Below are positions 1-9,576 of a stretch of DNA of 64,000 bases, piece after piece. Made by a program: the position numbers and the translations under genes. The DNA comes from a virus. The stretch is taken from the IMG/VR virus record IMGVR_UViG_3300021448_000142; one strand, written 5' to 3'. Position 1 is the first letter of the stretch, and every line of letters starts with the position of its first letter. The notes below the pieces were generated by a model that worked only from the letters and a program-made list of their open reading frames with translations, was not told the origin of the DNA and ran no database searches.

Positions 1-945
1 CGTCCCGAGACACTGGACGATGTAATTGGGAACAAAACTTCTGTAGAACGAATGAAAGACTTTGTTAGTGATGATTCTGTTCCACACCTCTTACTACAGG
101 GTCCAGCAGGTACAGGAAAAACTGCTTCTGTTGTTGCGTTTGCAAAGGATAAGTATGGTGATGATTGGAAAAGTAATCTTATTCAGATGAATGCAAGCGA
201 TGACCGTGGGATTGATGTTGTTCGTGAAGATATTAAGCGTCATGCACAGCAAAGTCCTGCTGGTCGATATTCGTATAAAATTATCCATTTGGACGAATCA
301 GACGCTCTCACGGATAGCGCTATGAACGCTCTTCGGCGGATTATGGAGAAATATTCTGACCAGACACGCTTTTTTCTAAGTTGTAACTGGGCCTCGCGGC
401 TTATTGACCCAATTCAAAGCCGGTGTATTCCACTTCCATTCAATCGCTTGAATGATTCTGAAATTAAGGAAATTTTGTATAATATTATCGAACAAGAAGG
501 CGTCGAGTATGAAAAAGAAGCAGTGGAACAAATTGTTGATTTTGTTCATGGTGATGCTCGTCGTGCAGTTAATTCTTTGCAATTTTCCATTGAAGATGGG
601 GAAGTTACTGGAGAAACGATTGAGTTAGTAAATTTGCAGGCAGACCCTGAAGAAATTGAAGAAATGATATATCTTGCTGTTAATGGTCAGACTGCGAAAG
701 CAATGCACAAGAATGATAAAGATATTGAACCACAGGTGACCGACCACTCTCAATTTTGTCGAGATTTGATGAATGTTGTTCAGCAAAATGATGATATTCA
801 CGACGATGTACGTTGGTTCATTATGAGTCAAATTGGAGAACTGGAACGGAATATTTTGGAGGGTGCATCGCCTGCTGTACAAACGAAGGCATTCTTGGCA
901 AAGTTACCGGTTGCCCAAAATTCTTCGATTCCCAATTATGATTGA
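1..945 (+). CDS. rfcS: Replication factor C small subunit (clamp loader), 5'-truncated at window edge
   Basis: Frame is open from base 1 (RPETLDDVIG box). Walker A GPAGTGKT, MNASDDRGID, LDESD, SCN and IQSRC are the canonical RFC boxes. Confidence 0.95.
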   Translation, partial: RPETLDDVIGNKTSVERMKDFVSDDSVPHLLLQGPAGTGKTASVVAFAKDKYGDDWKSNLIQMNASDDRGIDVVREDIKRHAQQSPAGRYSYKIIHLDESDALTDSAMNALRRIMEKYSDQTRFFLSCNWASRLIDPIQSRCIPLPFNRLNDSEIKEILYNIIEQEGVEYEKEAVEQIVDFVHGDARRAVNSLQFSIEDGEVTGETIELVNLQADPEEIEEMIYLAVNGQTAKAMHKNDKDIEPQVTDHSQFCRDLMNVVQQNDDIHDDVRWFIMSQIGELERNILEGASPAVQTKAFLAKLPVAQNSSIPNYD

Positions 946-1756
946 GGATGAACACCTCTCGGCAAGTGGGATTAAGAGCTTTGTTCGGTGTCCCCGTCAG
1001 TTTTGGTATAAGTATATATCGGAAATAGAACCGCCGGATGATGGCATGCCGGATTTTTTCGCTGTTGGAAATACTATTCATGAAAGCATCGAAGCAGTTC
1101 TTAATGAATACCCCGAAAATATTGATGATGGAGCGTTTTTGAAGTCCGCGTTTTTGGGTAAAAGTGATAATTTGGACTATGATTATTCGGATGATGATAA
1201 AGTAGATAATTGTTTTGCTACTGCATCGCGCTGGATTTCATCTTTTGTCAGTGAGGTTAAGTGCGTTGAAGAACACTGGGAAATGGAACGCGATGGAATT
1301 ACGTATTTTGGAATGGCTGATTTGGTGGCTGATGTAGAGCAAAATGGGGAGTTGTATGAGAATGCAATTGTTGATTGGAAAAGCGGGCAGGTGATTGATG
1401 AAGACGAAGAATGGAAAGAGCGTGTGCAAGGCGGAATGTATGCTGAAATGTTCTACGAAGAGTATGGGGAGTATCCTGATGCCATTATATTTGTGTACTT
1501 AGATGAAGAACAACAGTCGCTTCATGCTCGAATTCGTGATGGAAAAGTGTATTGGAATGAACACAAAAATGATTACTGGGAAGAAATCGCAAAGTATAAG
1601 AACAAGATTCTCTTATCCGAGTCTAAGGATGATTGGAAAGCAAAACCAGAACAGTCGAAGTGCTATTTTTGCGACTTTAAGCATCATTGTAAATATTCGG
1701 GCGTTGGTGCAGAAGAAGTACAATCAAAACACATCACATTTAATGGGATGATATAG
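938..1756 (+). CDS. Cas4/AddB-like PD-(D/E)XK exonuclease with 4Fe-4S cysteines
   Basis: HLSAS..CP.Q.WY N-terminus, G.AD...IVDWKSG nuclease motif, Q..MY, C-terminal CYFCDFKHHC. ATG at 938 overlaps the rfcS end and is preferred over the ORF-track start at 833. Confidence 0.85.
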   Translation: MIEDEHLSASGIKSFVRCPRQFWYKYISEIEPPDDGMPDFFAVGNTIHESIEAVLNEYPENIDDGAFLKSAFLGKSDNLDYDYSDDDKVDNCFATASRWISSFVSEVKCVEEHWEMERDGITYFGMADLVADVEQNGELYENAIVDWKSGQVIDEDEEWKERVQGGMYAEMFYEEYGEYPDAIIFVYLDEEQQSLHARIRDGKVYWNEHKNDYWEEIAKYKNKILLSESKDDWKAKPEQSKCYFCDFKHHCKYSGVGAEEVQSKHITFNGMI

Positions 1757-1951
1757 ATGGCTAATGCATTTAAATGCGATAGATGTGGGAAATTGGTTGA
1801 GGGAAATTGCGAATTTGGCGTTGTTACGGGAGAATTATCCAAAAAAGATTTTGTTGGCGTTCCCGAAATAAAAGAATACTGTGATGATTGTAAAGAAGCA
1901 TTTGAAAAATTTGAACAAGGTCAAATGAATTTATCAGGAGTGCGGCCATGA
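1757..1951 (+). CDS. Small zinc-ribbon protein
   Basis: CDRCG...CDDC pairs; abuts the neighbouring genes. Confidence 0.7.
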   Translation: MANAFKCDRCGKLVEGNCEFGVVTGELSKKDFVGVPEIKEYCDDCKEAFEKFEQGQMNLSGVRP

Positions 1952-2121
1952 CCGAGAAAGAAATCAGTGCTAACGGTGGTGGTATGGTAGTTGGGGCCGT
2001 GTTGTTTGGACTCATTATTTGGTCGGTATTTCACAAACAAATGCACTTTGCTCAGTTGAATGTTGTTTTATTGACTGCATTGGCGCTGTTTAATCATTTT
2101 ATCAATAGAAAATACCGATGA
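1948..2121 (+). CDS. Small membrane protein (57 aa, read manually)
   Basis: ATGA overlaps with both neighbours; two hydrophobic stretches. Confidence 0.55.
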   Translation: MTEKEISANGGGMVVGAVLFGLIIWSVFHKQMHFAQLNVVLLTALALFNHFINRKYR

Positions 2122-4745
2122 TTGGACGAGTGGTTTGGGCAGATAGCACTCGAATCAGTGGGGAGCTAGTTGCCCGGGTGGGGCTTCGCATGAAAAATGG
2201 CGAGCGGAAAAATTGCTATTTTAAAAACGTTGAACCGTGGGGATATGTGCCGGTTGATGCTGATTTGCCCGAGCGAGAATGGATTGTTGATGTGGAGTGT
2301 GGGTATGAAAGTATCTTTGATGATGAGTTAAAGAAGGTCACAACCACCACTCCCGAGAAAGTTAATACTAATAGAAACGATAATGATGTGCTTGTCGGGT
2401 ATGTTGATGAACATTTTGAAGCGGACATACCGTTTTATCGGAAGATAGCTATGACCGATGGGATTAGTGGGTATATTGAACTGCCTGAAACGCCGTTAGA
2501 AGATGGCGATATAGAAATATACGATTTCAGTGATGTGGATTGCGATGTGGATAGTGATGATATTCCCCCACGGATAATGATGGGCGATATAGAAGTTGCT
2601 GTTTCGGAAGAAGAAACATTTAAAGAAACCAGAGATAATGCCAGTCAGCCTATCAATGTCATTTGTTGTTATGATACATATGAGCAAGATTATCACGTTT
2701 TCTTTTATGATAAATTTGATGGTCTGAACAACCCGAAGCAAATCCGTGAAATTGTGGAAGAACAATTCGATGATGAAGAATGGACAGACTCGCTGAATCT
2801 GGATGATATTGAACTCTATCGCTCCGGCACTGAGCGCGAATTGTTGGTAGATTTTATTGACTATATGGAAGAACGGCAATTTGATTTAACGTCGGGATGG
2901 AATTGGGTTGATTTTGACTATCAGTATCTAATTGACCGCATTGGTTCATTTGATTCACTGACGGCTGACTGGTTATCTCCCTTTGAGGAGTGTAAATATC
3001 GAAACAATCATAAAATGTTGATTCGGGGACTGCCCGCCTTTGATATGCTTGAGGCATTTGATAAAATGACATTCACTAATTATCGCTCTATGTCTCTCGA
3101 TTACATTTCCCGTGAGGAATTGGGGGCGGGTAAAATTGAAAATGTTGATATTAACCAAACGTGGGAAAAGAACGCTGAAAAACTCATCGGATATAACATT
3201 ACTGACGTGGCATTGCTTGTTGCGTTAGATAATTCAAACGATATTCATCCATTCTTTTATGAAATTTCGTCTATTTGCTCTATTCCAATATATGACTGTA
3301 TGTATGAAAAAAGGCAGATTGATGGATATGTGATTTCTCGTCGGGGTACAGATGAAATATTACCAACGGCAGAAGAAAGCGAAGATATTGATAACGCTGG
3401 TGGGTATGTTTCGGACCCTGTAAATGGTTTAAAAGAAAACGTGGGAGTCACAGACCTTGCTTCGCTCTATCCTAGCGCGATTCTCAGTTGGAATTTGAGT
3501 ACAGAGACTGTTTCTGAATCACCTGAACAATTCGATGACTACGTAAAAATCCCCAAAGTTCCCGAACCTAAGGATGTTGTAGGGTCGATTCGAGAAGAAG
3601 ATATTGAGATGGAATGGTTGTATGCTTCAATGGATGAAGAAGGGATTATTCCCCGGACAGCAAAGAAACTGTTCACCAAAAGAAATCGGGAGAAGAAGAA
3701 AAGAGACGAATTTGAAGAGGGGACAACGGAATATGAAAAATGGGACAGAAAACAAGCATCAACAAAGGTGATTCAAAATTCTGTCTACGGGGTTGCTAGC
3801 TCAAAATATTGGCGTCTTTCCAATCAGTATCTTGGAGACGCTGTTACTTCTTGCGCAAGATATGCCCTCTGGAAAGGTAAGCAAACATTAGACCGTCTCG
3901 GATACGAACATGTCTACAGCGATACCGATTCCCACATGTTCATACTTACTGAAGATACTCCTCAAGAGCAAGTTGAAGAGTTGAAGGAAGTTTCCCGTAT
4001 TATGGATAATGATGCTTCCGAGATTGCAACAGATATTGGTCTGGAAGGCAAACACCCATTCTTACATAATTTTGACTCACACGGAGATGAATATGCGTGT
4101 GTTTTATGGGAACCGGAGAAAGTTGGCAGTTTTTTGCAGTTAGGGAAGAAAAAGCGTTATGCTCAAAATCTTAATTGGAAAGAGGGGAATTGGTACTTGG
4201 ATGAACCCGAGATTTCTATTTCAGGATTTGAATTCCGGCGGAGTGATAGTCCCGAAGTCACTGCTGAATTACAGCAGAAAGTCATTAAAATGATACTGAC
4301 TGGTGCTGATTTTGAAAAAGTGTCTTCATACATCCGAGATATTATCGACCAGATTGATGAAGACCACGATGAAGTGCGAAAGTTTGCTTTGCCCGGTTCT
4401 ATCAATAAAGATTTAAAAGACTATCCGAACAGGCAAGTGCCGGGAGCATGTATCTATTCTAATGAATGGTTAGATTATGAATTTTCTGAAGGAGACAACC
4501 CATTCGTCTACTTGGTCAAAGAAACTCCATCAGATTTACCTAATACCGATGTATTGGCCTTAGAATGGAATGAGGAAGTACCGGATGGATTTGTGTTGGA
4601 TAAAGAAGCAATCATTGAACGCGCTGTCCGGAAGCCAATTGTAGATATTGTTGGTGAAATGGGATGGAATTTCAATGAAATCCGTAGTGGAAAAAAGCAA
4701 AAAACACAGGATATGAGTACAGGCGGTTCCAATCCATTTGAATAA
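2118..4745 (+). CDS. polB: Family B DNA polymerase with 3'-5' exonuclease domain
   Basis: Exo I DIEV, Exo II GWN..FD, DLASLYPS, K..QNSVYG, YSDTDS, KKRYA motifs. Confidence 0.98.
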   Translation: MIGRVVWADSTRISGELVARVGLRMKNGERKNCYFKNVEPWGYVPVDADLPEREWIVDVECGYESIFDDELKKVTTTTPEKVNTNRNDNDVLVGYVDEHFEADIPFYRKIAMTDGISGYIELPETPLEDGDIEIYDFSDVDCDVDSDDIPPRIMMGDIEVAVSEEETFKETRDNASQPINVICCYDTYEQDYHVFFYDKFDGLNNPKQIREIVEEQFDDEEWTDSLNLDDIELYRSGTERELLVDFIDYMEERQFDLTSGWNWVDFDYQYLIDRIGSFDSLTADWLSPFEECKYRNNHKMLIRGLPAFDMLEAFDKMTFTNYRSMSLDYISREELGAGKIENVDINQTWEKNAEKLIGYNITDVALLVALDNSNDIHPFFYEISSICSIPIYDCMYEKRQIDGYVISRRGTDEILPTAEESEDIDNAGGYVSDPVNGLKENVGVTDLASLYPSAILSWNLSTETVSESPEQFDDYVKIPKVPEPKDVVGSIREEDIEMEWLYASMDEEGIIPRTAKKLFTKRNREKKKRDEFEEGTTEYEKWDRKQASTKVIQNSVYGVASSKYWRLSNQYLGDAVTSCARYALWKGKQTLDRLGYEHVYSDTDSHMFILTEDTPQEQVEELKEVSRIMDNDASEIATDIGLEGKHPFLHNFDSHGDEYACVLWEPEKVGSFLQLGKKKRYAQNLNWKEGNWYLDEPEISISGFEFRRSDSPEVTAELQQKVIKMILTGADFEKVSSYIRDIIDQIDEDHDEVRKFALPGSINKDLKDYPNRQVPGACIYSNEWLDYEFSEGDNPFVYLVKETPSDLPNTDVLALEWNEEVPDGFVLDKEAIIERAVRKPIVDIVGEMGWNFNEIRSGKKQKTQDMSTGGSNPFE

Positions 4746-4785
4746 AACCGAAGCGGTTTTAAATGGTAATTTGTAATATAAACCG

Positions 4786-6057
4786 ATGAAACAAACTCTT
4801 GTTGAAAAATACCGGCCCGAACACCCCGACGACATTGTTGGTCATCCGTCAGCTATTGATGATATTACAGATTGGGCAAAAGAATGGGAGTCTGGTGATG
4901 TGCCATTGCTTCTTTATGGACCAGCGGGGACAGGAAAAACAAGCACAGCAGAAGCAATTTCAAATTATGTTGATTGGGGATATTTTGAAATCAATGCGTC
5001 AGAAACTCGTACTACTGAAGATATAGAGACACTGACCCAACAGATTCGTTCACAGTCGGGTAACCCCCGTTTGTTTGTTCTTGACGAAATAGATTCGATT
5101 GATGGACGGTCACTCTCGTCTTTGTATAAAATTTTAGAAGATGCCCCTAATCCCATTATTTGCACTGCCAATGAAAAATGGAAAGTTCCAGATGGACTCG
5201 AAAATAAATGTAAGTGTTATAAATACAATCTACAGCAACGTTCTATCAAATCTTTCCTCCGGAACATTGCAGAGAAAGAAGATATTGATATTTCCAACCG
5301 GCAAATAGGACAGTTAGCAACTCGGAATGGGATTCGGGATGCTCTTAATGATTTGCAACATTATATGGAAACCGGGGAAACAGATTGGGACAGTCGTGAA
5401 ACTGATGATTCGCCATTTGCCGTTACTCGACGTGCCATTCTCGGAAAAGACTATTTGGGAGACATGACGCCCGACGATATGGTTGCATTTTTAGCAGAAA
5501 ATGTAACTGACGAATTTGATGGTGTTGAAGAAATGAGAGCATATCAGGCACTTGCTGAAGCGGATAGATGGTTAGGTCACGTTAATAGAACACAAGACTA
5601 TTCGTGGTGGGCTGTAGCTGGTCCAATTGCTGAAGAAGTTGCAAATCTCCGAATCACAGAACCATATAATGACTGGGTGAATGTAAACTATCCCAGCACA
5701 CGATACAATCATACCCCCAAGCCGTCAGATGATTCGCAGGAAGCAATGTTATTCAAAGAAATTAAGGCAGGTGATGGTTATGTTGCCGCATTTGACTATA
5801 ATGAATTCCGTACAGTAGTTTTGCCTCTTCTCACGGATTTGAATAAAAATCAAAAGAAAGATTTTGCCCTCTCATATTCTTTGTCTGATAAAGCAATGCG
5901 AGCATTAGATTTGAGTAAATCGGAATTTGAGGACTGGCAAATGAAAGAAATTCAGAATGATTCTGATGTTGGAAGTAAAGAAACCACGCTTGAAGACTTT
6001 ATTAACGACTCTGCATCTTCGGAAAATGACGAAGAGCGGGGCTTATTCGACTATTAA
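4786..6057 (+). CDS. rfcL: Replication factor C large subunit
   Basis: LVEKYRP, GPAGTGKT, EINASE.R, LDEID motifs; acidic tail with PIP-like KETTLEDF. Confidence 0.92.
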   Translation: MKQTLVEKYRPEHPDDIVGHPSAIDDITDWAKEWESGDVPLLLYGPAGTGKTSTAEAISNYVDWGYFEINASETRTTEDIETLTQQIRSQSGNPRLFVLDEIDSIDGRSLSSLYKILEDAPNPIICTANEKWKVPDGLENKCKCYKYNLQQRSIKSFLRNIAEKEDIDISNRQIGQLATRNGIRDALNDLQHYMETGETDWDSRETDDSPFAVTRRAILGKDYLGDMTPDDMVAFLAENVTDEFDGVEEMRAYQALAEADRWLGHVNRTQDYSWWAVAGPIAEEVANLRITEPYNDWVNVNYPSTRYNHTPKPSDDSQEAMLFKEIKAGDGYVAAFDYNEFRTVVLPLLTDLNKNQKKDFALSYSLSDKAMRALDLSKSEFEDWQMKEIQNDSDVGSKETTLEDFINDSASSENDEERGLFDY

Positions 6058-6058
6058 T

Positions 6059-6097
6059 CGAAACATTTTTAAATGGGGGCAAATAAGAATGTTTAAG
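6059..6097 (+). promoter_or_regulatory. Archaeal BRE/TATA promoter elements
   Basis: CGAAA at 6059-6063 and TTTTTAAAT at 6066-6074; a second TTTAAG at 6092-6097 lies about 27 nt before ATG 6121 (leaderless spacing). Confidence 0.55.
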
Positions 6098-6120
6098 AAG
6101 CGGTCATAAGGTAATAAAAA

Positions 6121-6789
6121 ATGTCAATAAAAGAAGTCTCTCTCGGAATTAATGAACAATCTACAACGTATGGCCCCATTGCTTATGGTTCACAGGCAGG
6201 AACACCCTGTGTAGAACTTGTTGTTTCTAGTAGTGACGAACGGCAAAAGCCCGTGCAATCTATTGAATCTCGTTTTGATAATTGGAGTTGGAAGCGTAAA
6301 ATGCGAACGGGCTTTGCCCGTCTTCGTTTTTCTGGTCGTGGCGTTGTTAATGGAGAGTTTGATGGAGGAATCAGCGATTTATGTCGTTTATTAGATGCCG
6401 CACTCGTAGACTTTGAAATTAAGCCGACAGATATTGAGTCACGTCCATCTCGCACGATTCAGAATTTGGCCGCGAATTACAGTGTTTTTGTTCCCCGCGA
6501 CAATGATTTTGATGAAAATGCGCTTCAGTTTTTTGCAGACCAGTCACAGAAACATGGAAACGTTGATTTCTTGTTCAAAACCGAAAAAACAACCGACGAA
6601 GAATGGGTAAAGGATATTGTTGATGAATACCGGATTTATGATTCGGATGTATGGCTGTATCCAAAGGGAACAATTAGACGGACTGTTGCTGAAAGACAGG
6701 AATTTGCAATTGACATTGCTAAAAGAAATACGTGGAATGTATCTCCCCGGTTGGATATAACAGGAATCCAATCCGAAGACGATGAGTGA
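6121..6789 (+). CDS. QueE-like radical-SAM-fold protein lacking the CxxxCxxC motif
   Basis: Colinear resemblance to QueE (G..AGTPCV, RFSGRG for LTGGEP, FLFK, VWLYPKGT, SPRLDI). The Fe-S cysteine triad is absent. Confidence 0.6.
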   Translation: MSIKEVSLGINEQSTTYGPIAYGSQAGTPCVELVVSSSDERQKPVQSIESRFDNWSWKRKMRTGFARLRFSGRGVVNGEFDGGISDLCRLLDAALVDFEIKPTDIESRPSRTIQNLAANYSVFVPRDNDFDENALQFFADQSQKHGNVDFLFKTEKTTDEEWVKDIVDEYRIYDSDVWLYPKGTIRRTVAERQEFAIDIAKRNTWNVSPRLDITGIQSEDDE

Positions 6790-7003
6790 CGCCCATCAAT
6801 TGTTTGAATGGGAAGGAACTGATGGTTCACGTCGGTGCCTTTTGATTGTGGAACATACCGATAAAGAACCACAGGCAGTGGATAGAAAATCATTAGAATT
6901 GTGTAAATATGATGATTCGAGTGAAGAATGGAAACACTCTGAAATGATTGACTATATCGATGAATCACACTCGTTTGGTATCCCCGAAGATTTGGTTGAT
7001 TAA
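6782..7003 (+). CDS. Hypothetical acidic protein
   Basis: Coupled ORF with typical acidic composition. Confidence 0.65.
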   Translation: MSDAHQLFEWEGTDGSRRCLLIVEHTDKEPQAVDRKSLELCKYDDSSEEWKHSEMIDYIDESHSFGIPEDLVD

Positions 7004-7062
7004 GCTATTGATTTTCGGAACATTTATATTTATTACATTCCTAAAATTGCTGTGTTTAGTCC

Positions 7063-7623
7063 ATGAGCGTTTTGCCGGATAAGACCATACGCGAAAAAAT
7101 TGTCTCAGAACACGAACCATTAGAAGTAGAACCGGTTGACTTAGAAGAACAATTGCAACCGTGTTCATTGGATATTCGTTTGGGACATGAGTTTTCAAAA
7201 TACCGTCCCCGAGGAAATTCTGCCGTGGTCTTGCCTGATGATGATGTTGATGAGAGAATGGTTTCGTGGAATTCGGAGAAAGTAAAGGTCAGTCCCGATG
7301 ATTTCATACTCGCAAACACGATTGAACATTTTTCATTTCCTGATGACATGGGGGCTGAAATTCGGGGGCGTTCTTCGTTGGGCCGGCTGGGAGTTGAAAT
7401 TCATAGTTGTGCTGGTTGGGTGGATGCTGGTTTTGAAGGAGAACTGGTATTAGAAATATCAAATGATTCTGATTGTTCAGTTGAACTTCGCTCGGGAATG
7501 AGAGTAGCACAGGTGGTTTTTTATGAACTGACCGAAGAGGCAAAGGAACCATATGGCGAAAAGGACAATAAGTACCAAAACCAAAGAGGGGCAGTCTCTT
7601 CAAGAATTCATTATGGGGGGTAA
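7063..7623 (+). CDS. dcd: dCTP deaminase
   Basis: LQPCSLDIRLG, GRSSLGRLG, AGWVDAGFEGELVLE, RVAQVVF, KYQNQ.G motifs. Confidence 0.95.
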   Translation: MSVLPDKTIREKIVSEHEPLEVEPVDLEEQLQPCSLDIRLGHEFSKYRPRGNSAVVLPDDDVDERMVSWNSEKVKVSPDDFILANTIEHFSFPDDMGAEIRGRSSLGRLGVEIHSCAGWVDAGFEGELVLEISNDSDCSVELRSGMRVAQVVFYELTEEAKEPYGEKDNKYQNQRGAVSSRIHYGG

Positions 7624-7846
7624 TGCTAAAAAGCCGGTTTTTGCGATTGTCGACAATATTGCTAGTAGCATGAGTATGGAAAGGGTGTGGAGAGAATACG
7701 AGAAAACAAATAGTAAAGCAATACGACAGTTCATCGAAGAAAAACATTTGAATAATTGCAGTGAATGTGGTAATATGGTGATGAGAAATGAAGAAAAACA
7801 ATCGTTCTATTGTCCTACTGGTTGTTTTTCTACTGCCGAACTATGA
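7613..7846 (+). CDS. Small zinc-ribbon protein
   Basis: CSECG...FYCPTGC; ATG at 7613 overlaps the dcd end. Confidence 0.6.
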   Translation: MGGNAKKPVFAIVDNIASSMSMERVWREYEKTNSKAIRQFIEEKHLNNCSECGNMVMRNEEKQSFYCPTGCFSTAEL

Positions 7847-8226
7847 GCTATAAAAAAGGTGCAAGACGAGAGCGAGAGTTGATTGATGAGTTAGAGAAAC
7901 GTGACTATGTAGGATTACGCGCACCTTCTTCTGGAAGCACTACTGATAGAGAGCTACCCGATGTGTTAGTTGGGAAATCTAGTCGCGCTCTTGCCTTTGA
8001 AGTAAAAACGTCCAGTGGTGATGTGAAATATATTGATAAAGAAGAGGTTTATGATTTGCAAAAATTTGCTGAGGCGTTTGGTTGTAGGTGTTATATTGCA
8101 ATGCGTTTTGACCATTGTGATTGGTATTTCTTTATTGCGGGGGATATGCATGAAACACGAAAGAGTTATAGGGTTAGAAAGGAAAACATTGATTGTGGAA
8201 AAACAATTGAGGAAATAACATGGTGA
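7843..8226 (+). CDS. hjc: Archaeal Holliday junction resolvase
   Basis: KKG...EREL, RAPSSGS, PDVLVG, AFEVK motifs; ATG at 7843. Confidence 0.92.
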   Translation: MSYKKGARRERELIDELEKRDYVGLRAPSSGSTTDRELPDVLVGKSSRALAFEVKTSSGDVKYIDKEEVYDLQKFAEAFGCRCYIAMRFDHCDWYFFIAGDMHETRKSYRVRKENIDCGKTIEEITW

Positions 8227-8696
8227 AAAATACGACGTTTGGCTTTCAGGATTCGCAAGAACAAATATATCTTTCCGGTCCCATCCGCAAATCGCCGGAT
8301 AATGGAGTTGGGTGGAGAGAAGATGTTATTGCTGATTATGGCGATGAATACAACTTCCATAATCCACTTGATTTATTCAGTCCCGAAACGCACGACATTC
8401 TCAGCGACCCCATTGATTATGAGGAAAATGCAGAGAATGAACAAGTTCTCCCGTCTGAATATGTCTTACAAGATAAAGTAGCAATTGCTGAGTCAGATTA
8501 TATTTTGGTTGGGCTACCCGAAATTATTGCACGTGGAACAATTTCGGAGTGTATGTGGGGTCATTGTATGCTTGATAAACCATTTTTCGTTTGGGAAAGA
8601 GAGGGACAAAAAGAATCGGGGTGGCTGTATGACCACGCTGAAGTCATGCACGAAGATTTGGATGTTGTTATGAGAGAAATTACAAACCATGAATAG
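8220..8696 (+). CDS. Nucleoside 2-deoxyribosyltransferase-like / nucleotide N-glycosidase
   Basis: IYLSGPI, WRE, NP, D..AI.ESD, GT..E pattern of the NDT/DNPH1 fold. Confidence 0.7.
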   Translation: MVKNTTFGFQDSQEQIYLSGPIRKSPDNGVGWREDVIADYGDEYNFHNPLDLFSPETHDILSDPIDYEENAENEQVLPSEYVLQDKVAIAESDYILVGLPEIIARGTISECMWGHCMLDKPFFVWEREGQKESGWLYDHAEVMHEDLDVVMREITNHE

Positions 8697-9300
8697 TTAC
8701 GAAGGCAACTTTATCGCAGTAGAGGGCATTGATGGATGTGGAACAACTACATTGTGCGAAAATTTACAGGGGGAATTAAATGGAGGCTATATTTGGACTA
8801 AAGAGCCGTCTGAAGGCATCTATGGTCAATTTGTTCGTGAACGTCTCAATGATGATGAAGCAACGCCCGCTGATTTCTTTGCTTTTCTTGCTGATAGGTA
8901 TGAGCATTGTGCTAACGTAATTGAGCCAGCGCTGGAAAACGGAACAAATGTGATTACTGATAGATACGATTTATCAACATATGCGTATCAGTCGCGGATG
9001 CTTGATGAAGAACTGGGCATAATTGACCCGTTTAACTACATTGATGAAATGTCATATCATTTTTCTGTTGAACCTGATATTTATTTTTATATCCAAATCT
9101 CTGTTGATGAGGCGATAGCGCGGATGAATAATATGAATGATAAATATGAAACACGTGAAAGGTTGGAAGAAGCGAAGCGTGTTTATGATTATTTGTCTAA
9201 TGAAAAAGACAATATTCACCGGATTCCGGGAAAATGGTCAAAGAACGATATTACGAGAGAAGCGCTTAGGAAAATTCAGGCAATGAATCATGAGGGATAG
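8689..9300 (+). CDS. tmk: Thymidylate kinase
   Basis: FIAVEGIDGCGTTT P-loop, KEP, VITDRY..STYAYQ motifs. Confidence 0.93.
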   Translation: MNSYEGNFIAVEGIDGCGTTTLCENLQGELNGGYIWTKEPSEGIYGQFVRERLNDDEATPADFFAFLADRYEHCANVIEPALENGTNVITDRYDLSTYAYQSRMLDEELGIIDPFNYIDEMSYHFSVEPDIYFYIQISVDEAIARMNNMNDKYETRERLEEAKRVYDYLSNEKDNIHRIPGKWSKNDITREALRKIQAMNHEG

Positions 9301-9535
9301 AGACGGTACAGTAGTTGTTCGGTTTGGAAAAGGCGATATTCTCAAATTTAATGATATTCCGTGGCAAGTGACTGGTATCCCGGTCGACGGGGAGAAAACG
9401 AAATATCTTGTGAGTCCTGTTAATGGTGCGGGACAGCGTAGGGTATGGAGTGAAGAAGATATTGCTGAACGAATTAATTATAGCAAAGAGTTGCATTTGG
9501 TTCGGGCGGATTACGTGAGTATAATTGACTATTGA
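9290..9535 (+). CDS. Hypothetical protein
   Basis: Coupled ORF. Confidence 0.6.
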   Translation: MRDRDGTVVVRFGKGDILKFNDIPWQVTGIPVDGEKTKYLVSPVNGAGQRRVWSEEDIAERINYSKELHLVRADYVSIIDY

Positions 9536-9576
9536 ATCGGAATAGTTTTATTTGTCTATTCCCATGAACAACTATA

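Noticed and set aside
2118-4745. Intein in PolB, RFC or helicase
   Set aside because: Lengths are normal and there are no intein splice motifs (C/S start, HN-C/S/T end) or LAGLIDADG blocks.
6046-6074. DNA similarity after the LFDY stops (6046-6074 vs 11391-11418) as a repeat element
   Set aside because: It is explained by the same terminal codons plus a canonical BRE/TATA promoter for the next gene.
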